Source of the DNA: Ptychomitrium polyphyllum
Lineage: Eukaryota
DNA length: 64,000 nt
Direction of reading: 5' to 3'
Assembly (NCBI GenBank): GCA_973851085.1
Contig: OZ316775.1
Location: 19,158,001 to 19,222,000, forward strand
Shown: in pieces, positions 39,231 through 50,344 of the stretch
Layout of the letters: each line of letters begins with the position of its first letter
How positions within the stretch are numbered: position 1 is the stretch's first letter
Notes under the pieces: model-generated
The model's database searches: none
What the model saw: the letters and a program-made list of their open reading frames with translations, nothing else
Told to the model about the DNA's origin: nothing
Program-made: the position numbers and the translations under genes

Positions 39231-41490
39231 TCAAGCGGTGTTTTGCTTGGCACATTGTTGGAGATACTGAAGTGCAACGTCGTAGAAGCCGGCCATGGTT
39301 TTGTACTTGGTGATGGAGTCTGGCAGAGACTCCATGGCTCGCACCATCTGCTTTGCAAGCAAAGGTCGTGACTCAAACACAGTCAATGGTCTAATGTAAG
39401 TTCGAATGGTGAAGAGAATGGCCCCCGACCTGCATCCCCAGCCCCATGCGGCACCCGTACACAGTTACTTGATCATCCTGGTGGAGATTGGATGAAGGGC
39501 GGAGTATATTCTCTTGGCAGTAGATCATCGTTGTTGACCACAGTATTCTTGGAACTAGAATAAGAATTCAACTCCCAGAGAGCACAAGATTGCAGGGGGA
39601 GGTGAGAATTACCTTGGAAGTCGCACCAACGTCTCCCGCTCACATCGCGTGTACAGACGAGAGCCCACATTTCCAGCATAGTCTTTGAAATCTACGTTGT
39701 TCTTGACGTTGCCTTGCAAGGCAGCATAGATGTCCTCCTACGCATAAGCGTCCAGTGAAGAAAGTGAGCGGTCTTAAAAGGATACCAAAGATCTCCTAAC
39801 AAGCGCGATTCACCATGGAGACGCGGAAATTCTGTATCGAAAGTCGAAGCATACCTCGTTCAAAGGTTGAAATAGAGTGGGGTCGTCGACAATGGCCCAA
39901 TTGGCGCGCCACACAGGTTTGCTAACTTTCAATTGATCCATGAAATGCTCTACAGCTGATCCGATTACGTCCGCATACAAAGGAACTGGCAGGTGGATGG
40001 AACGCATGTCCATCCCCATTTTCTCAAGCAGGTGCCACCGCTGCGGAAACAGCACCGCCCCGGACACAAGCCTCAATTTGCCGTCCAGCTTCATCATCAA
40101 ACACAAATCTTCCTGCAAAGCCACCCCCGCTATGAGCGAAGCAACTTATACCTCAAATAGCAACTTCCCATATGCAGAGACTCCAGATTTTTCTGCAAGA
40201 TATTGCTGAGCTCCAATAATGTACTGTGCAAGCCCTAAACCCGAATACTGTCTAGCGTTGAGTTGTTGAACTTTTCGTAGTTCTAACGGAACTTGATGCT
40301 GGATGTTAGACGGCCATGGACGCACCTGAATGAGACGAGATGCAACCTCGAGTGGATCGAGTGACTTGTCATTGATGTCATAGCTGTCTCCGATGGTGAG
40401 GTCAAACAACATGCCACTCTCTCGCCGGAAGCGAGCTGGGAAGCGCTGAGGGAGAAACTCAGCAAGCATCTCCAAAACTTCCCAGTTCGCGTCAGCAGCC
40501 TCAGGTCGGCTAACGATGGCCACTTCCTTACGAGTTTCGAGAATCTCCCGTCGCAGAGCCATTTCTTCGTCGTAGAAGACATCGACCTCAATCCAGTCCT
40601 CCATTTTCAAAGGCTCGATGCCCATTGTCATTCTGTAGGGTATTTTTAATGGCAAATACTCGAATGTCCCTGAAATGCCAACCACGTATACAGAAATTGT
40701 ACTTAAGAACGCATCGCAACTACATCTCTTACTGTGTGCATCGAGAAGGCAATCCACAGCCGAAGGATATTTGGGGCAACTAGATCGAACCAGGGCCGAG
40801 ATTAACGTGGTCCGGAGCGTCGGAAGATGGAGCTGGAGCGTATGGTGTATTCACAGAAGGACTGGCTGTCGCAACGTTCGTCTCCAGTGATGATTCCCGG
40901 TTGCCCTTGCCGGCTGGGTTCTTGAATCCAAAGGGACACGCACCCGCTCGAACGATGGCTGCTCGCCCTCTTGATGACTGTGAACATCATGTGGGTGGAG
41001 CTCTTCAGGGAAGACCCTAGGATTTGAAAACGAAACCCTAACATGGTAACAGTGCAAATTGTTCCAAGAGTCTGACCACAAGTAGCTGAAAAAACTTTGC
41101 CTACGAAAACAAGTTGCTCTTATTACAACAACCATACAAATTCGACGACCAAAGAGCACCAAATGGAACTGCACTTATCACTTACGTTAAAATTCAGAAC
41201 TGGCGGAGACAATTGAGTTCCATGGCGCCTATCCAACGAGATGAATGGCGGGCAGTTCGTCCACAAATTGTTCGAGTGCTGCAGACTCTCTTTCCGCGTC
41301 TGTAAGCAAAACAGTGTTGTGAACCCGATGCTAGCTAGAATCAACCTTCCAAGTTCCAAGCATGGCAACACCCCGCTCAACTTAGTCATCATAAAGTGTT
41401 CAACACTTTCTCTTGAAAATAGTAATTTTCAAACGGAGCAAAAGGTAAGTAAAATCTTACGAAGGTGGTCGAAACTTTGAGGGATGCCAT
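39231..41490 (-). CDS. DUF3445 / heme-dependent oxidative N-demethylase alpha-subunit-like protein with a predicted plastid transit peptide; 7 exons, ~418 aa
   Basis: Phase-consistent exons 41490-41461, 41299-41186, 40977-40791, 40669-40326, 40112-39855, 39737-39613 and 39429-39231. Family motifs MTMGIEPLKMEDWIEVD, FLPQRFP, DPLEVASRLIQEDLCLM, AVLFPQRWHLLEKMG..MRSIHLPVP, PVWRANWAI and RCERETLVRLPRSGAILFTIRTYIRPL. Confidence 0.92.
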
Positions 41491-44400
41491 CTCCACGCCT
41501 CAAATACCTGCGACCATACCTGCAGAGGTCACGAAATTGCACTCATTAAGTAAGGCCACGAACTTTGACATAATCGACTTGTGCAGGTGTCACTCAAAGC
41601 AGTCTAATATGCTCCTCGTAAGCAAGCGCCGGTCTACCTCCTCTGGCGTCCAATTTTTGCTCCGAAGCATATCCCGAGAAACGCACTTTTCACAGCTGCC
41701 TTCACAACTCTACTGCGTCAGAACCTTTCTTGCAAGGACGAACGTCCAGGCTCCTTCCCAGTCACATGCACAGACAGAATCTTCCTGTCTTAGTTCAAGA
41801 CGGAACATCCAACAAACTCACACGTGGCGAACCACGTCAAAACTCACACTGTTCGTCATCCCCTTGCTAATAATGTGACTTGCAAGTTAAGGATGACGTT
41901 CATGCGGAAATACGTCTATAATGATCAAGGCTGCAGATGTGTGCTGGGAATCCGGCGATCCAAGACGAGGAAGAGGTTTCATAACAGCACATGGCTCTTA
42001 ATCGTAGGCGATCTCGGGGCCAAACGCAGGCACGACGACGACCGTGATGGCAAATTAGTGACTACTCCAATTTATCCCCCCCAGTCATCACACACAACAG
42101 GCACTTATGACCACCCCTTCAACTTCAGCTTTCCAAGCTACCGGTGAGCCGTTAGGGTCTGTGTGAATTGCTCCATGGTCCCACTCGGCCATGCCGGCAC
42201 CGTGGTCGTTGTTCGCGGTGCAAAGTAAGCTTGAAACGACATACCCGTGCACACTTTGGGTAACACCGCCGCAACATCCCCATGCATTCCTCGCCCATGC
42301 AGGAGACGAGTGATTTCTTCATAAATCACGCTGCCAATGATGCCTGCAGCATCCATATTTCGGTCTCATACACGTGGCACTGAGGCAATCTAGATACCTA
42401 CTGTGCCTTAGTTGTTAGTATCGATCATGAAAAGTAATCATCATAGTTGAAAGTTTTGAAAGAGATTATTGCTGTGATCTTGGTTCCCATTCTTTTTCAT
42501 AATTGGATCATTCTCTTTACTTTGATTAACTTTTTCACTGTAGATGTGCTAAATATATCACCTTCAATATGTCTTAAGTTTATTAGATTATCATTTTAAT
42601 AAAATTAAAAAATATGTGCTTAAGTGTAAGCACATATCATATCAAAAATACAATGTTGAATCAAAATCTATTTGTACATTCATTCTAGTAAATTTTTTTT
42701 ATATACAACAATCATTTTTATTGAGAAAATTCTACATCTAGTACTTAAGGATAAAGTCTAAGTGATATGTGGCCTTTGTACACACTAAGAAGAAAAACAA
42801 CTATAGGATTTCAAGGATTTGCTTGCGTGATATAAATTACATGCATTTGCTTGCTAGCCTATGGATATGTGTATTTCATTGCCCATTAAATGGTTTTGAA
42901 ATTTCCTTGATTGTATTTACATATATTGTATTATTGTTTATGAATTTTATGCAATAATAGTTAAAGTTAAGTTTTGTAATTTTCAATTATCATCTATTAT
43001 CATTTTATAGATGGCATTGGTCATAGTAATCATGAAATGCAAGACTTATTTATCCAATCAAAACTTAGATGACATATTGTATATTATGTGATATAATATG
43101 AATAACTCTTTTTGGTCAGTTTATGTTTCATAACTTTTAAGCAAGATGGTTAACATTTGGGTTACGATGCCTGGATTCAGAATGTCGTCACTTGCTGAAC
43201 AGAATAAGCTCAACTTGTAATCAGGTGCTACTCAACTTAGGCATCTTCCAAATTTCAGTGTATAAAGGGGCAATCGTAGGGCTCAAACTCATAACAGAAA
43301 CATGAAGCATCTGTCTCCTCAGGTTCCTTCCTCCCTCTCGGAAAGTTTCATCCAAGTAGTCCAAAATTTTGCTCGAAGATTTTTGCGTTTCACTCTTTTT
43401 TCGCAGTAACACCTGTGGCTTGGTGCCAAGACTGCATGTGGTATCTACTGCGTGTGGGCACGCTTTCAATGGTTTCTTTAGTAAAATGGGTCACGAACAC
43501 ATCGCTAGGCACTGTTAATAAATGATCACACTGCTCAGAAGTTTTATGCCAAAACTCCAGAGGTAAGTGTGGTTGTTGGCAGTGACCCAGCTGTTTGGAA
43601 CAGGGACACTAGACCTCAGGATGAGTGAAGATACCCTGCCATAGCCACAGCTGCCAGAAGCAGCCCGAAGACCTTACACTTTTGTCGAGTCACGGAGCTC
43701 TGTGCAAGCTCCCATTCAACGTATGGGCTTAGGATCTGCCTACAGACACTTCAATGCTGGTGATGATGATGCTTTGATCTGAAACTGAGCAGGATGAGGG
43801 TGCCCAGTCACTGACTGTACGACAGGAGATGGCCCTGGAGATGGACATTGTGGACATGATCTCGGCAGTAATTGCGTAATTACCTACAGTTGGCTGATCG
43901 AGTCATTCCAATCTTGTCATCAGCTTGGAATTCGGTAGTTACAGCTACCAACTCCTTCCTCTTCTTGACCCCTCGCGAAAGATTGACAGAGTTGAAGGCA
44001 AGAACATGAGGCATGTGTGAGAGGCACAAAACTCTCCTTCAAATGGATTCCAGAGTGTCTGAAGATCCACACAAATTATGTTTGGTGCATCCAGTGACAC
44101 AAGTGTGGTTGCAAGCATAAGCCGATTTACTGTTTTGGCACACCTGGAATGAAATGCATGCAGCTGGTGATGATCTTAGCTCCATATGATGACAATCCTG
44201 GTGAAGCACTTCTCATAGCACAACAAAGCTGGTTCACTAGTGTAGCAAAGTTAACCCATTCGAGTCCAAACTCGGTTAGCAATTACTTGATCGACCCTTC
44301 TTCATGTTGAAATTGTATTGCAGCAAAGTTGAAATCCACAAGGTAGATTATGGCTGAAGGGATTACTTTACAATGTTATAAGCCTCATATGGTGGATTCT

Positions 44401-47400
44401 GTTTGTGGTCTAAGTTAGCAATAGTTTTAACCAAGTCATTCCTGAGTAGTGTAATGCAGCTTTCAACAAGAAGTGCTTTGACGCATAGCAACACAGAGTT
44501 GATAAAAGCATGTACCGATAACGGCCCCAGGATGGCAACTCCCTTGGACAAGAAGTTAGTTTATATTCTATGTGATGCTTGATGATTTCTTCTGATGCAA
44601 AGAGTTGCAAATAGTGTCAAAAGAAGGGGCACTAAGACAAATCCAATAATATTGTATGTATCTAAATTAGACCTGAAAATCTATTTTTAAAACTCGTAGG
44701 TAAGCACCGTCCAAAATCCAATTATTTTTAGAACTTGTGGATTGTAGAATTTCAGATTTTCCCCAAGATCTCTAAAGCAAGGAAGTTTTCTATAATATAA
44801 TTTCTAATTTTTAGAATTTCAGCTCCAAAACAATTTCTAGAAGAGAACCCTTACCTTTAACATGTGAGTTACTACCCATAGTAATGGCACCTTCCACATG
44901 CAACAGCTTAATAAAATGACAAGCGACATAACATGCCAGCTATGGGTCATCTTAACCTTAGATTGCAAGTTAGTGTAGCTTCCTAACTTCAATGCACCTG
45001 CACATGTTTATGCCGCTGAACTCCAAAACCGAGCATGTTGGCAGTCTCCATCAAGGTACAAATAACAGGCATGCATGAGTCATCAGGTGGTATTCAGGAA
45101 ATGTGATAGAAGCATGCCTAGCAGTTTGAAGTTCCTATGATGGGCAGCTTGTTATTTAGGTGAAAGTGATGTACAGTACAGTCTCAATCCTCCCTCTAAA
45201 GTACAAACTCCTCATAACTAACGTAAGTTACTCCACGCTTTAGCCCGTGTAACGCAGCCCAATTCACACCCTGAAGCCACGTATCATTTACACTGCAGTA
45301 TGCTCCAGTGATTGTCACCTTTTGCAGAGTGTTCCATCTTTCGGGCTCCATTCACAGCAAAAGTGACCAGCAGATGATATTCCAGCTGGGGAAAATGACT
45401 ATAAATGCCTTACTACGGCTCATCAAATGGTGAGTCACCCTCACTATTACCACTATTTCCATTGATCTTCGTCAAAATTAAAAGAAAATGCTAAGGCATC
45501 ACCAGCACCTGCCACCAGACCAAATTGAAGATCATAGTATTCCCGAGAAGTACCTCCGAATGGGCACCGAAGCAACACGTAGGACCAACCGTATCACAAA
45601 ACACACTATCCTGTACAGCTCTCGTAGGTCCTAAAGCTACTATTCACCTTCTCAGTCACAAGAGCCAAGCCACGTTCGACCCTTCATAGTAAGCACTTTC
45701 GCTTCTAGGCGTGAACCACAACTACCCAACATTCAAGTCTGCCTGTGCCAGTTCAGAAATAACGATTACAAACAGAAACCACCTTCACCCAGCTGGTCTC
45801 CAGCCATCGAGATACGTCATCACCAACCGATTGGTTCCACGTGGCACACTGCAGTTCTGCATGGAACAGGCATGCGCTGTGACTATACTTAACTAACGTC
45901 GTAACAGCAGATTCCTCTGTTCAGGGGTGTACCCAAAACGGTCTATGCACGCAAAACAGTAAATGTTCTCGATTGCGACATTATCTACTGGCGACATACA
46001 TTTACTCCATGTAAATTAGGATGGCATAGATATTGACGTTACTATATCTGAAATCGACAGTGTCAACGCTATTTGCACATTTCAATGAGTGAAATGTGTT
46101 GATTGTTAGATTATATCGGTTTTGAATAAAGTGACGGTTTTCGGTGTATATTCTGAGGGCTGGATTAGAGGCAGAGCTGACGTGCGTAGACAGTCGTGTG
46201 GCACGGAATTCTAGGACGTTCGAGGGGAGCGAAGAAGCTCGGGAAAAGCTTTTCTAGGAAGGTCCACCAGACTGGCGCTCGCCTGGCCGCGCGTTGCCTT
46301 TTTTTTTCCTCTTATTTCTTTTCTTCCGTTCACGCTAATACTCTGTGTGCGCGGGCGGGCGCTTCAAATGTGTACTCTGTGCTTGGTTTGCTGCGCAATC
46401 TCTGGTTTCGGGAGCGCCTCATGTTGCACCGGTATGAGAGAAGGTGGATCTCCACCCGGTTGCGTCTAGTGGTGACATTGGCGTTCGCGGTGGCGTTTTC
46501 AGGGGTGGACTAGAGAATGGTGTCGTAGTTCGGTTCTCGAGCTTTGCTGCAGCGTCCGTGCTCTGTTTCTCTGTTTCTCTACCTGCCGGGCAGGCTGCGT
46601 GGTAAGTTTTAAGGACGACCGTGACAGCCATTGGTTTCTGTTTATCCTAGTTATTGCTGCGCACGACTGCTTTGGTGCGTTCTTGTATGCCCTGGCGCCA
46701 TACGCCATAGCCGGCAGCGAGGCGGAGGTAATAGCGAGGTGCGAGATGTTTTTCTTCTTCTTTGGCGGACAGTGTGTGGAATGAGGGAGCGATGGTTGCG
46801 GCATAGTTCGAGTAGTGAGATTTTTTGGTGTTGTTCCGGGCTATTGTGCATGTGAGGAGCTCGTTGAGGTTTTAGAGAGCGGGGCCAAGGCATTTACGGA
46901 TCTTCCGTTGGTTGAGGATTTTTTCGGCGTGAGTTGCACTGTTTCCTTGAGAGGAAGCGTTTGATGTTTCCGTGACACTAGCCGTCAATATCGTGGTGAT
47001 CTTTTATTTTGTCGATTGTGTGCGATAAGGCGAAAGCTTGGAGACCGACGTGGAGTGCGTTCTAGGGGTAATGTATGCCGCCAGTATGAGCGTTTTTAGC
47101 GGTTGGAGACCACGGGAGATTTTATGTTCGTGATGAGACATGTGTATTCTTTTGATTGTTCTTGAATTGTCTTGTTTAGGAATTGTATTGGATCTTAATA
47201 GAAGTTAGACTCCTGTCTCAGTTGCGCTTTAGAAAAACAATTCTTAGGTTGATAGTTGCTTAGGAACAGTGTCAAAGGAAAATTTGAGCACGTCTTTCGC
47301 ATCTTATGGATCTTACTTGATTCTGATCGGTACTTTTATTTGGTGGAAATTTCGTGATGATATTATTTTTTCCTGTTACGATTTTAAGCTCTCCTTTCGC

Positions 47401-48369
47401 GTTAGCTCTATCTAGCATTGTGCGCTGTCTTTGCAATGTACCTACTATCCGGAGATCCTTCTTTAATGGTCTGCAGTTGACAATCTTCACCTCTTCCTCG
47501 CCGTCATTCGACTATCGTAGTCCTTAGGCATCACACCTGTGGAATGTAACTTCAACATCCCGCTGTTCACTTTGCTCCCTTAGACAGGGGCTTTTCTGCT
47601 TCTTTTCCGGATGTCTGTTGAGAAATGTCGTGTTCATGTACTCTTAACTGAGATTCAAGCAATAATTTAATTAATGAAGCAAATTCGCCTCTCTTTTCGG
47701 TGAGTTCAAAGTTTACAGAGGCTGCATCAAGAAGGTAATCGTGCTACTCAGATTGCTATACGTAGGAAAGTCTAATCATAAGTCGTGATCTATCCTTCAC
47801 TTAGTCGTGGTGTTTCCTGTCTTTACAGACGTTGTAAAATCGTTGGACGTGGATAATGTGGAAGAAACTTCGGCACAGCAGCATTGTCTGCTGGAGTCCT
47901 TGACAAGGCTTATTCTTTCCCACTAAAGTTCTTCATATCTAAAGGTCCAGGCCCTTGCTCGTGCAGGGTTTCTGTTGCAGTGACTACAGTTTGCCTAAAC
48001 CTGCCTCTGTTAGAATCGCACTACAGAATCCTGTCAACCCGAATTGCTGCTTGTATCTGGCATCCTATTTTGGTACATTTGCTCAAGACAAGGGGATGCG
48101 TTTTTGACTTGGCTGCCAGTGACGTCCATGTACTGTTGAATCTGGCGTAGGATATTTTGGGAACAGGAGAAAATCACTTCAATTCTGCTGGGACTCGAAC
48201 AAGTTATCGTGTGACATCTGTCGTTCGTAAGCACATATCACCTTCATCTCAGCCGGTCAATGGGACCGTGACGAAGAATGCGATAAGCGACTGATCTGAG
48301 TGAAACTTGAAGAACATCGTGATTAGGCTCTGCTTTTGATTAGAAACAGGAACCGAAGATCGCAACAGC

Positions 48370-50344
48370 ATGATGGCTAGTATGGTATCTCAGACGCAGA
48401 CTCTTCTGTGTCTGACATTAATCTTCTCAATGGCTATTGGAGTGGCTACACGCATAGAGCCAATAACTGTCCAGGACACCAGGGAGCTTTCAGCGTTTGG
48501 CCGTCATTTTTGGTCTACTGCGGACAAACAACACTATAGGATGACCGAGAACGGCGAGGTTGCTGAACTTGTTCTGGATAAATTAGCAGGTAATTTTTAT
48601 GTGTAGAAGTGTATATGCAACTACCAAAACAAGTCTTAAGGTCTATAATCCTTAGAGTTTAGTACACACCATAGTTCCACTATTAAGAATTTTTATTAAT
48701 GAGAATTTTTGCCGTTTCTTTCAATGGCTATGGTATCTAGCTACTGAGTTTATTTCTTTTCAACGAATCCGGGTGACGGATCTAAACTATAGTTTTTAAA
48801 GTTTAAATGAACTAATGAGAAAAATCTGTTCTTCCATAGGTACTTCCCTTTGGTGGTACTACACGTTTTTTTTCAGGTCTCACGTTGCTTCTGGTACGAT
48901 TTGGTCATTATATCGTCTTGCACATGGTTTGAAAATCATCCGGTCTAATTGTTTTCTGTCTTCTCTTTTGTGTTGTCTCAGCTGCTGGTTTTGCATCGAA
49001 GATGAGGTATTTGTTTGGGCGCTTTAGCATTCAAATGAAGGTTCATGCTGGTGATTCGGCGGGCACCGTTAGTACATTCTATGTAAGATCGCTTACTCAG
49101 ATGTAGATTTAACCTTTAGCTCAAGCGGTTTTTGAAGGCTTTGCTTTTTGACTGTGTCAACATACTGATCCCACTGACCTGCATCGGTATGAATGCAGAA
49201 AGAACTGGTGTTCATGCTGCAGTACTATTATACATATTTCTTGGGATAGTGGTTGTTGTGGTACTGTGTGTTATCTCCTGATTGTTCACATTTACAATTT
49301 GTACGATGTGTCTTGGCAGACGTCGTCTTTGAGTGGACAGCATGACGAGCTTGACTTTGAGTTTCTCGGCAATGAAAACGGCAAGCCCTACGTTCTGCAG
49401 ACTAATGTATATGCTTCAGGGGTAGGTGACCGTGAGCAACGTATAAGACTTTGGTTTGATCCTACAGAGGACTTCCACACATACGCGATTCACTGGAACA
49501 GAGATATTGTCATGTAAGTTTGTTTCATTAATTTTGCTTGCACAATGTGTTTCTCTTAATAAGGTTTAAAGTCGAGGAGAGTCTTTATATTTGGATGTAT
49601 GCTGGGAACTGCCAGAATTCTAGGTATCTCTGGCTTTTCTAACATGTAGTTCATCAACACAGCTTCATGGTGGATGATACGCCCGTTAGAATATACAAGA
49701 ATTGTGAAGATCTGGGCGTTCCATACCCAAATCATCAGGCTATGAGCGTTTTCGCAAGTTTGTGGAACGGGGAAGAATGGGCAACTCAAAATGGAGCCAT
49801 CAAGTTGAATTGGAGCCACGCACCTTTCGTACGGACTCAAACTCAATCACCTGCATTTCATGACTCATTGCTGGCGTGATTTGTAGGTTGTCTTTGCCTT
49901 AGCGAATATCTTATTGTACCGAAGTTGAAAAACTAAGTGACTTTTTTCGCAATAGCCTGTGAGTTATCATGGTTGGAATTTCGCATTACTATATCTGATT
50001 ATTTGTATGTTAAACAGGTAGTTGGTTACAGAAGTTTTGTAGTTGAAGGATGTGAAGTGCCGTGGTATAAAGGGAATGTCGACAGATGCAATTCCTCAGA
50101 CACTGATGCTATGCTGAGAAGGGCTACCATTAATAGTCTCACAACCAGGCAGACAACTCGGTTACAATGGGTGACAGAGAATCTTCTGATGTATGATTAC
50201 TGTAAAGATTTTAACCGATATCCACAAGGGCACCCAGAGTGTAGCCGTAATTCAGGACTTCAACTCATTGGCCCTCTTCCTCTAAAACATTTGGATGGGT
50301 TGAGGGTTATTGGTGAACTTAAGAAGGGTTACTATTCAGAATAG
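48370..50344 (+). CDS. XTH: Xyloglucan endotransglucosylase/hydrolase (GH16); 5 exons, ~335 aa
   Basis: Signal peptide; [11 protein letters not shown]; catalytic [51 protein letters not shown]...EC. Exons 48370-48589, 48982-49082 (101 nt), 49320-49513 (194 nt), 49663-49828 and 50018-50344. Confidence 0.97.

Noticed and set aside
43221..44610. Possible decayed coding sequence on the minus strand
   Set aside because: It is fragmentary with many stops, and I recognised no family motif. BLASTX would be needed.
46196..46893. Cluster of short ORFs
   Set aside because: Probably a GC-rich non-coding leader upstream of XTH. No protein features.
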